Source: Alphaproteobacteria bacterium
Lineage (GTDB): Bacteria > Pseudomonadota > Alphaproteobacteria > JAAXGF01
DNA length: 64,000 bases
Direction of reading: 5' to 3'
Assembly: GCA_963555825.3 (NCBI GenBank)
Contig: CAUVXB020000001.1
Span: 1,056,001-1,120,000 of the forward strand
The translations under genes were made by a program, and so were the position numbers. The notes beneath the pieces were generated by a model that made no database searches, was not told where the DNA came from, and saw only the letters and a program-made list of their open reading frames with translations. This document shows positions 1-13,059 of the stretch, piece after piece (position 1 is the first letter of the stretch; each line of letters begins with the position of its first letter).

Positions 1-1
1 C

Positions 2-1021
2 GTGATCACCGAGATGGGCCAGCTCGGCCTCTTGGGCTGCACACTCGAGGGCTATGGCTGCGCCGGCGTCAACTACGTCTCCTATGGGCTCATCGCGCGC
101 GAGATCGAGCGCGTCGATTCGGCCTATCGCTCGGTCATGAGCGTGCAGTCGAGCCTGGTCATGTTCCCGATCCACGCCTATGGCTCCGAGGCGCACCGCG
201 AGACCTACCTGCCGCGCCTGGCGGCGGGCGAGATCGTCGGCTGCTTCGGCCTGACCGAGCCCGACCACGGCTCCGACCCAGGCGGCATGACGACCCGCGC
301 GCGCTCGGTCGATGGTGGCTTCCGGCTGTCGGGCGCCAAGATGTGGATCACCAATTCGCCGATCGCCGACGTCTTCGTCGTCTGGGCGAAAAACGACGAG
401 GGTATCATTCGCGGCTACCTTCTCGAACGTGGCATGGAGGGCCTCTCGACGCCCAAGATCGAGGGCAAGTTCTCACTCCGCGCCTCGCCGACCGGCGAGG
501 TCGTCATGGAGGACGTGTTCGTGCCGGCCGAGAACGAGCTGCCCGGCGTGGCGGGCCTCAAGGGGCCGTTCGGCTGCCTCAACAACGCGCGTTTCGGCAT
601 CGGCTGGGGCGCGTTGGGCGCCGCCGAGTTCTGCTGGCACGCGGCGCGCAATTACACGGTCGATCGCAAACAGTTCGGCCGGCCGCTCGCCGCCAACCAG
701 CTGATCCAGAAGAAGCTCGCCGACATGCAGACCGAGATTTCAATCGGCTTGCAGGCTTGTGTCCGGATGGGCCGGCTGCGCGACGAAGGCCGCTGCGCGC
801 CCGAGCTGATCTCGCTGATCAAACGCAACTCCTGCGGCAAGTCACTCGACATCGCGCGCACCGCGCGCGACATGCACGGCGGCAACGGCGTGTCCGATGA
901 ATTCCATGTCATCCGCCACGTCATGAACCTCGAGGCGGTCAACACCTACGAGGGCACCCACGACGTCCACGCGCTGATCCTGGGTCGCGCCCAGACCGGC
1001 ATCCAGGCGTTCACCGGCTAG
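2..1021 (+). CDS. gcdH: Glutaryl-CoA dehydrogenase (5'-truncated by window edge)
   Basis: Acyl-CoA DH motifs [24 protein letters not shown] and C-terminal [24 protein letters not shown] typical of GcdH. Confidence 0.92.
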   Translation: MITEMGQLGLLGCTLEGYGCAGVNYVSYGLIAREIERVDSAYRSVMSVQSSLVMFPIHAYGSEAHRETYLPRLAAGEIVGCFGLTEPDHGSDPGGMTTRARSVDGGFRLSGAKMWITNSPIADVFVVWAKNDEGIIRGYLLERGMEGLSTPKIEGKFSLRASPTGEVVMEDVFVPAENELPGVAGLKGPFGCLNNARFGIGWGALGAAEFCWHAARNYTVDRKQFGRPLAANQLIQKKLADMQTEISIGLQACVRMGRLRDEGRCAPELISLIKRNSCGKSLDIARTARDMHGGNGVSDEFHVIRHVMNLEAVNTYEGTHDVHALILGRAQTGIQAFTG

Positions 1022-1024
1022 ATC

Positions 1025-1504
1025 ATGTCTCCCTTCCGGGTCCGCCGGGCGCGCCGCACCGACGTGCCGGCGGTCGTCGAGATGGCGCGCGCGCTGGCCG
1101 TTTGGCTGGGCAACAAGAAGCCGGCGATTACCGCCGAGAAGCTCACCCGCAACGCTTTCGGCCGCGCACGCTGGTGCACCTGCCTGGTCGCGACGCTGGG
1201 CGGCGAGCCGGTCGGCTATGCGATCTACTGCCCGACCTTCGAGGGCCACGTCGGCAACCGCCAGATCTATTTGTCGGACCTATACGTCCGGCCCGAGGCG
1301 CGCGGCTCGGGCGCCGGCCGCGCCCTGATGAAGGCGGTCGCCCGTGTTGCGGTCGCCAACGATTGCGTCGCCGTGATCTGGGAGCTGTGGAACGAGAACG
1401 CGCTCGCCCGTGACGTCTACGAGAAGCTCGGCGGCTGGGTCGCCGAGGACGTCAACCCGATGCGCCTCGACTCATCCGCGCTCGGGGCCATGGCGAAGGA
1501 CTAG
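1025..1504 (+). CDS. GNAT family N-acetyltransferase
   Basis: [21 protein letters not shown] acetyl-CoA binding motif A; 159 aa. Confidence 0.85.
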   Translation: MSPFRVRRARRTDVPAVVEMARALAVWLGNKKPAITAEKLTRNAFGRARWCTCLVATLGGEPVGYAIYCPTFEGHVGNRQIYLSDLYVRPEARGSGAGRALMKAVARVAVANDCVAVIWELWNENALARDVYEKLGGWVAEDVNPMRLDSSALGAMAKD

Positions 1505-1810
1505 CCCGGCTTTCTCACCAAGGATAGGTGCGGCACGGCGGATATCGGTCGACAGGCTAGGAAAAGCGCGCGGCGCGATGCTTGCGCATCGGGCAAGCGC
1601 TTTGACGCGGTCCTGTCGTCCGAGATCCGCCGCCCTTAAGGGTCCGCGCCGGGCGGGCCGCCTGCGGCGTCGAAGGCCTTGCGCGTAGCCCCGGCTACGC
1701 GCGGCGGCCTTCTCCTGGCGGCTCGGCGACGCCGATCGTCCTGGTAGCCAGCCAAGCACTGGCCGCCCGACGCGATGACGCGCCTGTCCTTGGTGAGAAA
1801 TCCGGGCTAG
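1501..1810. mobile_element. MITE-like non-autonomous element, 310 bp, CTAG-bounded
   Basis: Terminal inverted repeats 1501-1532 and 1779-1810 match at 29/32 nt (CTAGCCCGG[C/A]TTTCTCACCAAGGA...); internal hairpin gcgcgtagcc-cc-ggctacgcgc 1681-1702; no credible ORF. Confidence 0.8.
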
Positions 1811-3129
1811 CCAGCCAAGCACTCGCCGATCGCCTGGTCGAGGATGGCGAGGCCTTCGTCGAGTTCGGCCTCGGCGATGGTCAGCGGCGGCGCGATGCGC
1901 CAGACGCTGGCCGCGCTCCGGTAGCCGCTGATGTTCATGCTGAGGCCCAGCTCGAGGCAGCGGTCGGTGATGCGCGCGCCGAGCTCGTGATCGGGCTCGC
2001 GCGTCTTGCGGTCGCGGACGATTTCGACGCCCCACATCAACCCGGTGCCGCGCAGATCGCCGATCACCTCGTAACGCTGCATCAGGTCACTCAGGCCAGC
2101 GCCCAAGCGTTCGCCCAGTTCGGCGGCGCGCTCGACCAGGCGCTCGCGCGCGATGACCTCGAGCACGGCGAGCCCGGCCGACGCCGGCAGCGGGTCCGAG
2201 ACATGCGAGGTCAGATGCCCGAAGCCCTTGGCGTGGCAATCCTCTTCGATGTCGGCACTGGTCACCGTCGCCGACAGCGGCAGGCCGCCGCCGAGCGTCT
2301 TCGACAGCGTCAGGATGTCGGGCACGACGCCGGCGAGGTCGAAGCCGAAGCGCGTGCCGAGACGCCCGAGTCCGGTCTGCGCCTCGTCGAGGATCAGCAG
2401 CATGCCGCGCGCCTCGCACAGTTCCTTGAGGCGCGGGAAGTAGCCCGGCGGCGGCACGATGATGCCGCCCGCCGACAGCACCGGCTCGGCGATCGCCGCG
2501 GCCAGCGCGCCGGTCGACTGGGTGTCGACCATCGCGAAGCCGGTCTCCAGACAGGTCAGGTCGCAGCGCTCGGTGCAGTGGCGGATCGGGCAGTGGTAGG
2601 CGTTCGGCGTCGGCAGCGCCATGGCGCCCGGCAGGCCCGGGCCATAGCCGCGGCGCGGCCGCGAATAGGTGCTCGAGCCGGCGCCCGCCGTCAACCCGTG
2701 ATACGAACCGGCGAGACCGACGACCTCGTATCCACCGGTCGCGATGCGCGCCATGCGCAACGCCGCCTCGTTCGATTCGCCGCCCGTGTTGAGCAGCATG
2801 ACCTTCTGCAACTTGGGCGGCAGCAGCGCCGCGAGTTCGCGGCACAGCTCGACCGTCTCGGGCGCCAGCATCCAGCTGAACAGATGCATGACGCGCTTGC
2901 CGCTCGCACTGAGCGCGGCGACGATCGCCGGGTGATTGTGGCCGATCGTCGCGCACATCTGGCCCGACGTGAAATCGAGAATCCTGCGCCCCGAGTCGTC
3001 CCAGATATAGCTCCCATCGCCGCGCTCGATGAAGAACGGGAAGAAGTCGCCGGCGTAACGGATCATGTGATCGTCGACCGCCGCCTGTAACTCGGCGCGG
3101 CGCGCCTGCCAGCCTTCCGTCGCTGTCAC
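1807..3129 (-). CDS. Class III PLP aminotransferase, 2,2-dialkylglycine decarboxylase (DgdA)-like
   Basis: Motifs ILDFTSGQM, LILDEAQTG, DILTLSKTLG, HVSDPLPA, RIAPPLT; GTG start at 3129 after GAGGGA chosen over the long ORF-track start, which overlaps the SDR. Confidence 0.85.
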   Translation of the reverse strand: MTATEGWQARRAELQAAVDDHMIRYAGDFFPFFIERGDGSYIWDDSGRRILDFTSGQMCATIGHNHPAIVAALSASGKRVMHLFSWMLAPETVELCRELAALLPPKLQKVMLLNTGGESNEAALRMARIATGGYEVVGLAGSYHGLTAGAGSSTYSRPRRGYGPGLPGAMALPTPNAYHCPIRHCTERCDLTCLETGFAMVDTQSTGALAAAIAEPVLSAGGIIVPPPGYFPRLKELCEARGMLLILDEAQTGLGRLGTRFGFDLAGVVPDILTLSKTLGGGLPLSATVTSADIEEDCHAKGFGHLTSHVSDPLPASAGLAVLEVIARERLVERAAELGERLGAGLSDLMQRYEVIGDLRGTGLMWGVEIVRDRKTREPDHELGARITDRCLELGLSMNISGYRSAASVWRIAPPLTIAEAELDEGLAILDQAIGECLAG

Positions 3130-3139
3130 GGCGATTCCC

Positions 3140-3898
3140 TCATGCCGCGGTGACGCCGCCGTCGGCGAACAGCGCCGAGCCGGTGATGAAGGTCGCATCG
3201 TCCGAGGCCAGGAAGGTGATCGCGCCGGCGATCTCGTCGGGCGTGCCGATGCGGCCCATGGGCGTCTCCTCGGCGATTTCCTTGAGCCTTTCCTCAGGGT
3301 TGTCGCGGTGGCCGACGAGCAGCGGCGTGTCGACCGGGCCGGGGCAGATTGCGTTGACGCGGATGCCCTCGCGCGCGTGGTCGATCGCCATGGCGCGGGT
3401 GAACTGCAGCACCGCGCCCTTGCTGGCGGCATAGGCGGCATTGTTGCGCGGCGCCGTGATTGCGAGCTCGGAAGCGGTGTTGACGATGACCCCGCCACCC
3501 TGGCGCTTCATGATCGGCAGCGCCCGGCGGCTCAGGAAGAACATCGCATCGAGATTGACCGCGAAGGTCAGCCGCCAATCCTCGTCGGACATCGTCTCGA
3601 CCGTTCCGCGGCGGCTGATGCCGGCATTGTTGACCAGCACGTCGAGGCACCCGAAGCGCGCCACGGTCTGGTCGATCGCCTCGTCGCAAAACGGGCGCAG
3701 GGCGAGATCGCCTTGCAGGTACGCCGCCTCGCCGCCGCCCGCCGCGATGTCGTCGACCACCGCGCGACACCCTTCCTCGTCCAGAGCACAGACCATGATG
3801 ACCCGGCCGCCCTCGGCGCCGAAGCGGCGCGCCGTGGCGGCGCCGATGCCCGAGCTCGCGCCGGTGATCAGGATTGTCTTGCCGTCGAACCGCGCCAT
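3140..3898 (-). CDS. Short-chain dehydrogenase/reductase (SDR)
   Basis: TGASSGIG, NNAG, YAASK, RVNAICPG motifs. Confidence 0.92.
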   Translation of the reverse strand: MARFDGKTILITGASSGIGAATARRFGAEGGRVIMVCALDEEGCRAVVDDIAAGGGEAAYLQGDLALRPFCDEAIDQTVARFGCLDVLVNNAGISRRGTVETMSDEDWRLTFAVNLDAMFFLSRRALPIMKRQGGGVIVNTASELAITAPRNNAAYAASKGAVLQFTRAMAIDHAREGIRVNAICPGPVDTPLLVGHRDNPEERLKEIAEETPMGRIGTPDEIAGAITFLASDDATFITGSALFADGGVTAA

Positions 3899-3901
3899 GG
3901 C

Positions 3902-4792
3902 CTACGCCCAGCTCTCGATCATCTTGATGATGCCCGAGAAGTCGACCTCCGCGTTGCCGCCCTCGCAGTAGCGCCCGTAGAGCGCTTCGGCCTGTGCACC
4001 GAGCGGGGTCGTCGCGCCGGTCGCGTTGGCCGCCTGCTGGGCCAGGCGCAGGTCCTTGAGCATCATGGCCGCCGTGAAGCCGGCCTGATAGTCGCGGTTG
4101 GCGGGTGAGGTCGGTACCGGACCGGGCACCGGGCAGTAGGTCGTCAGCGACCAGCACTGGCCCGACGCGGTCGACGCGATATCGAACAGCTTCTGAGCCT
4201 CGAGGCCGAGGCACTCGGCAAGCACGAAGGCCTCGCCGACGACGATCATCGAGGCGCCGAGGATCATGTTGTTGCAAATCTTTGCCGCCTGGCCGTTGCC
4301 CGAGGGACCGGCGTGGACGATCGTCTTGCCCATCACGGCGAGCACCGGCTCGGCGCGCGCGAAGGCGTCATCGGCGCCGCCGACCATGAAGGTGAGCGTT
4401 CCGGCCTCGGCGCCCGCCACGCCACCGGAGACCGGCGCATCGAGCATCTCGAAGCCGGCCTGGGCGGCGGCCCGGTTGACCGCGCGCGCCGTTTCGACGT
4501 CGATCGTCGAGCAATCGATCAGCAGCGTGCCGGGCGCCAGCGCCGCGATGATGCCGCCGTCACCCGTATAGACCTCGCGGACGTGCTCGCCGGCGGGCAG
4601 CATGGTGATGACGACGTCGCCCGCCGCCGCGGCGTCGGCCGCCGTCGCGGCGAGCGTCGCGCCGGCGTCGCGCGCCGCCTGGCGGGCGTCCTCGACGACG
4701 TCGAACGCGGTGACCTCGTGCCGCGCGCCGATCAGGTTGCGGAGCATCGGCCCGCCCATGTTGCCGACGCCGATGAAACCGATGCGCGCCAT
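3902..4792 (-). CDS. mmsB: 3-hydroxyisobutyrate dehydrogenase
   Basis: FIGVGNMG, DAPVSGG, AAKICNNM, YCPVPGPVPTSPANRDY signature; valine-catabolism neighbours. Confidence 0.95.
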   Translation of the reverse strand: MARIGFIGVGNMGGPMLRNLIGARHEVTAFDVVEDARQAARDAGATLAATAADAAAAGDVVITMLPAGEHVREVYTGDGGIIAALAPGTLLIDCSTIDVETARAVNRAAAQAGFEMLDAPVSGGVAGAEAGTLTFMVGGADDAFARAEPVLAVMGKTIVHAGPSGNGQAAKICNNMILGASMIVVGEAFVLAECLGLEAQKLFDIASTASGQCWSLTTYCPVPGPVPTSPANRDYQAGFTAAMMLKDLRLAQQAANATGATTPLGAQAEALYGRYCEGGNAEVDFSGIIKMIESWA

Positions 4793-4861
4793 CACTGTCC
4801 TCCCTGCCCGCTCGCGACCGTTCGACCGATATCCCGTCACGGAACGGCCGTCGCGTCAATG

Positions 4862-6046
4862 CTAGTGTCCTGATCGATAAATTGATATGATTATGTCTCT
4901 ATTTGTTTTTAGGAGGCGCGATTGATGGCGAGAGTGGCGGTGACGATCTCTTTGAGCGATGACGAGCGCGCCGAATTGGAGGCGCTGTCTCGTCGTCGCA
5001 AGACGTCGCAGGGGCTTGCGCGGCGGGCTCGGATCGTCTTGGCGGCGGCGGAAGGGTTGGAGAACAAGGAGATCGCCGTTCGTCTCGAGGCGAGCGCGGA
5101 CACCGTGGGCAAGTGGCGTCGCCGCTATGCGGCGGAGGGCCTCGACGGTCTGTACGACGAACCCCGCCCCGGCGCGCCGCGTCAAATCGGCGATGACGCC
5201 ATCGCGGAAGCGGTCCGGCTGACGCTGGAAGAGACGCCGCCGGACGCGACCCATTGGAGCCTTCGCTCGATGGCGCGGGCGAGCGGCCACGCGCCCTCGA
5301 CCATTCATCGCATCTGGCGGGCCTTCGGCTTGCAGCCGCATCGCTCGGAGACCTTCAAGCTGTCGAGCGATCCCTTCTTCGTGGAGAAGGTCCGCGACAT
5401 CGTCGGTCTGTATTTGGCGCCGCCGGATCGTGCCCTGGTTCTCTGTGTCGACGAAAAGAGCCAGATCCAGGCCCTGGACCGTTCCCAGCCCCTCTTGCCG
5501 ATGCGCCCCGGGCAGGCGGAGCGGCGCAGCCACGACTACAAGCGCCACGGCACGACCTCTCTCTTCGCGGCCCTCGACATCGCCACGGGAGAGATCATCG
5601 GCAAATGTTTCCCGCGCCATCGGGCCCGAGAGTTCCGCAAATTCCTCGACCTCGTCGAGGCGAACGTCCCTGCTGATCTCGACATCCACATCGTCATGGA
5701 CAACTACGGGACCCACAAGACCAAGGCGATCCGCGACTGGTTCGCCAAACGGCCGCGCTGGCAGGCCCATTTCACACCCACCAGCGCCTCCTGGCTGAAC
5801 CAGGTCGAGCGCTGGTTCGGGCTGCTGACCGACAAGCAGATCAGGCGCGGCGTCCATCGCTCCACCAAGGAGTTGGAGCGCACCATCCTCGACTACATCG
5901 ACACGACAAACCAGAACCCCAAACCCTTCAAATGGACCAAATCCGCCGATGACATCCTCGGCGCCATCCAGCGCTTCTGCCTCCGAACAATCGAAATCGC
6001 TGAACAGCAGGCGAAAATCATGCGAACTTCGGAATCGGGACACTAG
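4862..6046 (+). mobile_element. IS630-family insertion sequence, copy 1 (apparently intact)
   Basis: Ends CTAGTGTCCTGAT.../...ATCGGGACACTAG; TA target inside CTAG; single transposase ORF. Confidence 0.93.
4925..6046 (+). CDS. IS630-family transposase
   Basis: N-terminal HTH, DDE motifs [24 protein letters not shown]; AGGAGG RBS upstream. Confidence 0.95.
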   Translation: MARVAVTISLSDDERAELEALSRRRKTSQGLARRARIVLAAAEGLENKEIAVRLEASADTVGKWRRRYAAEGLDGLYDEPRPGAPRQIGDDAIAEAVRLTLEETPPDATHWSLRSMARASGHAPSTIHRIWRAFGLQPHRSETFKLSSDPFFVEKVRDIVGLYLAPPDRALVLCVDEKSQIQALDRSQPLLPMRPGQAERRSHDYKRHGTTSLFAALDIATGEIIGKCFPRHRAREFRKFLDLVEANVPADLDIHIVMDNYGTHKTKAIRDWFAKRPRWQAHFTPTSASWLNQVERWFGLLTDKQIRRGVHRSTKELERTILDYIDTTNQNPKPFKWTKSADDILGAIQRFCLRTIEIAEQQAKIMRTSESGH

Positions 6047-7050
6047 AGGGTGAGGTCGCCGTCGGGGGGTGCTTGGAAATGGGCGTCTACGTCGGCCTCG
6101 GTCACGGCGGCGAGGCTCGCGGGCCGCCATCGCGGTGCATTGTCCTTGTCGATGACGACGCTGCGGATGCCTTCCGCGAAGTCGTGGTCGGCGCAGAAGC
6201 GTTGGCACAGCCGGTATTCGAGGCGCATGGCGGCGGCGAAATCGAGCGCGGCACCCGCGCGAAGTTGGCGCACCGTCACCTTGAGGCTGGTCGGCGACTT
6301 GGCGGCGAGCGTCGCGCGCGTCGCCTCGGCCCATTCGGTGCCCTCGGCCTCGAGCGCGGTGATGATCGCCTCGATCGTCGCGCCGGCGAAGCAGCGATCG
6401 ATTGCCGCGGCGAAGCCCGCCAGACAATCCTCAACCGGGCACGCGGCCAGCGCGTCGACGAGTTCACCTAGCCGCGCACGCGGCACGAAATGGGTGCCGA
6501 CACCCGCGCACATGACATCGGCGGCACGCAGACGTGCGCCCGTGAGCCCCAGATACATGCCCAGCGCGCCCGGTATGCGCGGCAGGAAATGTGTCGCGCC
6601 GACATCGGGAAACAGGCCGATGCCGGTCTCGGGCATGGCGAACAGGACGTTCTCGGTGACCACCCGATGCGAGCCGTGCACCGAGACGCCGACGCCACCG
6701 CCCATGACGACGCCGTCGATCAACGCGATATAGGGCTTCGGATAGGCATGGATACGGTGGTTCAGCGTGTATTCCTCGCGGTAGAAGGTGGCGCTGAACC
6801 GGTCGCCAGGCGTCGTCATCGAGGCATAGAGCGCGCGGATGTCGCCGCCGGCGCAGAACGCCCGATCGCCGGCGCCCTCGACGACGACTGCGGCGATCCG
6901 CTCGTCCGCCGCCCAATCGATCAGCCGCGCGTCGAGTTCGCGCGTCATGGCGAGCGTCAGGGCGTTGAGCGCCTTGGGCCGGTTGAGCGTCACCCGGCCG
7001 ACGGCGCCGACCACCTCGAAGAGGATTTCGTCCATGCTGTCTCGATCCAT
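6043..7050 (-). CDS. 3-hydroxyisobutyryl-CoA hydrolase (enoyl-CoA hydratase/isomerase family)
   Basis: [52 protein letters not shown]; start at 7050 or 7035. Confidence 0.9.
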   Translation of the reverse strand: MDRDSMDEILFEVVGAVGRVTLNRPKALNALTLAMTRELDARLIDWAADERIAAVVVEGAGDRAFCAGGDIRALYASMTTPGDRFSATFYREEYTLNHRIHAYPKPYIALIDGVVMGGGVGVSVHGSHRVVTENVLFAMPETGIGLFPDVGATHFLPRIPGALGMYLGLTGARLRAADVMCAGVGTHFVPRARLGELVDALAACPVEDCLAGFAAAIDRCFAGATIEAIITALEAEGTEWAEATRATLAAKSPTSLKVTVRQLRAGAALDFAAAMRLEYRLCQRFCADHDFAEGIRSVVIDKDNAPRWRPASLAAVTEADVDAHFQAPPDGDLTL

Positions 7051-7202
7051 TTTGCCAAGAGGTATAGGGACTTGTGGAGCACGTCCAGCCCCGAAACGCG
7101 GCCCCGAATACCTCAATTGGGCCGCCATGAAGCCTCATTCGAGCCACATTCTGGCGCTATTTCAACAGTTACCGCGATCGATTGTAGGAGGTTGGCTCGG
7201 AC

Positions 7203-7574
7203 ATGATCACAACGCTTCGTCAGGGTGTTCGCACCCTCGCCGTCATGGCGATCCCGCTTTTCGTCGGCAGCGCCGCCATCGCTGGGGGCATGCCGCCGGA
7301 GGTCGAGATCGACGCCAATGGCGTCCCGGTCACCGCCGATGAAGTGGTGCCAGGCGCCGCTGAACCCACCGTGGCGGCAACGGCCGGCGCAGCGGCCCCC
7401 CTTATTTCCGCTGCGTCGTCCGGCGATCGGCTCCAAGCGATACCCCCCGCCGAGCCGACCGTGACGGTTGCGATCGACGTCACGCCTCTCGACCCGACCA
7501 CCGCAGCATTCGATCCGGGGTCTTTTGTGGCAGGATCGGCCGTAACGCCAATCTGGGCAAAGGACCACCGCTAA
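7203..7574 (+). CDS. Hypothetical exported Ala/Pro-rich protein
   Basis: AGGAGG upstream; signal-peptide-like N-terminus ending AIA; low-complexity mature part. Confidence 0.55.
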   Translation: MITTLRQGVRTLAVMAIPLFVGSAAIAGGMPPEVEIDANGVPVTADEVVPGAAEPTVAATAGAAAPLISAASSGDRLQAIPPAEPTVTVAIDVTPLDPTTAAFDPGSFVAGSAVTPIWAKDHR

Positions 7575-7592
7575 GGCAGCAGGCGTCGCACC

Positions 7593-7658
7593 CCCGCGGC
7601 GCCCCGTTCTGCTCCCCCTCTCGACTTTGGGCGCCGTTCGCGGCACCCACTTTTTTTG
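7593..7658 (+). terminator. Possible intrinsic terminator
   Basis: GC stem (gcggcgccc...gggcgccgt) followed shortly by a T run, downstream of 7203-7574. Confidence 0.3.
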
Positions 7659-7740
7659 TGACGCAAAGCCTGCGGCTTTGCTGCGCTCAATCGCCGCGCA
7701 TGCTCTCGCCGCATTAGCGGCGGCCCGCAGTCGCGGGCTG

Positions 7741-7776
7741 GCCTAGTCCGACCGATGCCGGTCGATCGGACTAGGC
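7741..7776. repeat. REP-like palindrome adjoining IS630 copy 2
   Basis: Perfect 11-bp arms GCCTAGTCCGA / TCGGACTAGGC. Confidence 0.6.
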
Positions 7777-7777
7777 T

Positions 7778-8944
7778 CTAGTGTCCCGATTCCGAAGTTC
7801 GCATGATTTTCGCCTGCTGTTCAGCGATTTCGATTGTTCGGAGGCAGAAGCGCTGGATGGCGCCGAGGATGTCATCGGCGGATTTGGTCCATTTGAAGGG
7901 TTTGGGGTTCTGGTTTGTCGTGTCGATGTAGTCGAGGATGGTGCGCTCCAACTCCTTGGTGGAGCGATGGACGCCGCGCCTGATCTGCTTGTCGGTCAGC
8001 AGCCCGAACCAGCGCTCGACCTGGTTCAGCCAGGAGGCGCTGGTGGGTGTGAAATGGGCCTGCCAGCGCGGCCGTTTGGCGAACCAGTCGCGGATCGCCT
8101 TGGTCTTGTGGGTCCCGTAGTTGTCCATGACGATGTGGATGTCGAGATCAGCAGGGACGTTCGCCTCGACGAGGTCGAGGAATTTGCGGAACTCTCGGGC
8201 CCGATGGCGCGGGAAACATTTGCCGATGATCTCTCCCGTGGCGATGTCGAGGGCCGCGAAGAGAGAGGTCGTGCCGTGGCGCTTGTAGTCGTGGCTGCGC
8301 CGCTCCGCCTGCCCGGGGCGCATCGGCAAGAGGGGCTGGGAACGGTCCAGGGCCTGGATCTGGCTCTTTTCGTCGACACAGAGAACCAGGGCACGATCCG
8401 GCGGCGCCAAATACAGACCGACGATGTCGCGGACCTTCTCCACGAAGAAGGGATCGCTCGACAGCTTGAAGGTCTCCGAGCGATGCGGCTGCAAGCCGAA
8501 GGCCCGCCAGATGCGATGAATGGTCGAGGGCGCGTGGCCGTCGCCCGCGCCATCGAGCGAAGGCTCCAATGGGTCGCGTCCGGCGGCGTCTCTTCCAGCG
8601 TCAGCCGGACCGCTTCCGCGATGGCGTCATCGCCGTGACGCACCGTCGAGCCTCTATCTACATTCCGCCGCAAACGGCGGGCGATGATGACGCGCATGAC
8701 TTGCCCACGGTGTCCGCGCTCGCCTCGAGACGAACGGCGTGTTCTCCAACCCTTCCGCCGCCGCCAAGACGATCCGAGCCCGCCGCGCAAGCCCCTGCGA
8801 CGTCTTGCGACGACGAGACAGCGCCTCCAATTCGGCGCGCTCGTCATCGCTCAAAGAGATCGTCACCGCCACTCTCGCCATCAATCGCGCCTCCTAAAAA
8901 CAAATAGAGACATAATCATATCAATTTATCGATCAGGACACTAG
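7778..8944 (-). mobile_element. IS630-family insertion sequence, copy 2 (inverted relative to copy 1; transposase disrupted as assembled)
   Basis: Reverse complement of 4862-6046 with the same ends; 1-nt loss near 8540 and a scrambled patch at ~8634-8745 break the ORF. Confidence 0.92.
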
Positions 8945-9078
8945 ATGAGACCCCATATGAACCGCCCCAGCGCGCGACCGCGCGCCGCCGACCGTTCGGC
9001 GGAAGCAAGCGCGGCGATTGAGCGCAGGTCAGCTTTACGCGAGTCAGTGACCGCACAAAAAGTGACCACCGCCTCTAT

Positions 9079-10218
9079 CTACATTCCGAGCAAACGGCGG
9101 GCGATGATGACGCGCATGATTTCGTTGGTGCCTTCGAGGATCTGGTGGACGCGGACGTCGCGCAGGAAGCGCTCGATCGGATAGTCCATCAGATAGCCAT
9201 AGCCGCCGTGGAGCTGCAGCGCCTCGTTGCAGATGTGGAAGCCGGCGTCGGTCGCGAAGCGCTTGGCCATGGCGCAGCGCATGGTCGCGTCGGCGGCGCC
9301 GGCGTCGATCGCTGCGGCGGCGCTCAGCACCATCAACCGGGCGGCCTCCATCTCGGTCGCCATGTCGGCGAGCTTGAACTGGAGCGCCTGGAATTCGGCG
9401 ATCTTGCGGCCGAATTGCTCACGCGTCTGCATGTGTTCGCGCGCCGCCTCGAAGCACGCGCGCGCGCCGCCCAGCGAACAGGCGCCGATGTTGACCCGGC
9501 CGCCGTCGAGCGCCTTGAGCGCCATCTTGAAGCCCTCGCCCTCGGCGCCCAGCCGGTTGGCGAGCGGCACGCGGCAGTCCTCGAGGATCAGCATCGCGGT
9601 CGGCTGGCTGTGCCAGCCGAGCTTGCGTTCCTGGGCACCGAAGCTCAGGCCCGGCGTGCCGTCCTCGATGACCAGGCAGGAGATGCCGGCCGCTCCGTCG
9701 CCGCCGGTCCGTACCATGCAGAGGTAGAGGCCGCTGGCGCCGCCACCCGAGATGAACGCCTTCGAGCCATTGAGAATATAGTGGTCGCCGTCGCGCTCGG
9801 CGCGCGTGCGAAGCGCGGCGGCGTCGGAGCCCGAGCCCGGCTCGGTCAGGCAATAGCTCGCGAAGACGTCCATGGCGATCAGCCCGGGCAGCCAGCGCGC
9901 GCGCTGGTCATCGTCGCCGAAGGCATCGACCATCCACGCCGCCATATTGTGGATCGACATGTAGGCGGCGGTCGATGTGCAGCCGGCGGCCAGCGCCTCG
10001 AAGATCAGCGCCCCGTCGAGCCGGCTCACCCCGGTGCCGCCGTGCGCCTCGTTGACGAACAGGCCGGCCAGGCCGAGCGCCGCCGCCTTGCGCAACGTCT
10101 CGACCGGAAAGGTGCAACTCTCGTCCCATTCGGCGGCGAACGGCGCCATCTCGCCGGCGGCGAAATCGCTCGCCATCTGGTGGAAGGCGCGTTGCTCGTC
10201 GGAAAGCTCGAAGTCCAT
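9079..10218 (-). CDS. Isobutyryl-CoA dehydrogenase-like acyl-CoA dehydrogenase
   Basis: [49 protein letters not shown]; clustered with the hydrolase and mmsB. Confidence 0.9.
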   Translation of the reverse strand: MDFELSDEQRAFHQMASDFAAGEMAPFAAEWDESCTFPVETLRKAAALGLAGLFVNEAHGGTGVSRLDGALIFEALAAGCTSTAAYMSIHNMAAWMVDAFGDDDQRARWLPGLIAMDVFASYCLTEPGSGSDAAALRTRAERDGDHYILNGSKAFISGGGASGLYLCMVRTGGDGAAGISCLVIEDGTPGLSFGAQERKLGWHSQPTAMLILEDCRVPLANRLGAEGEGFKMALKALDGGRVNIGACSLGGARACFEAAREHMQTREQFGRKIAEFQALQFKLADMATEMEAARLMVLSAAAAIDAGAADATMRCAMAKRFATDAGFHICNEALQLHGGYGYLMDYPIERFLRDVRVHQILEGTNEIMRVIIARRLLGM

Positions 10219-10395
10219 CGTCGGAATCCCCCTGCTGCGGCCCGTATGGCGACTGTAACGCGGCGCCTAAGCGAAACCAATATCGTCGGACGCCAATTTC
10301 GTCGGACGAGCGACGCGGCGGAACGGAGCGCTGTTTCCGCCGAAGAAATTGTCTCGGCAACAACCTCGTCGGTGTTGGTTGCGGCTGGCCTGTAG

Positions 10396-13040
<2,645 letters not shown>

Positions 13041-13059
13041 GCAGGCGTTATACCAAGGG

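Noticed and set aside
1609-1730. Structured ncRNA such as SRP RNA
   Set aside because: Lacks the conserved SRP loop motif and lies within TIR-bounded DNA better explained as a MITE
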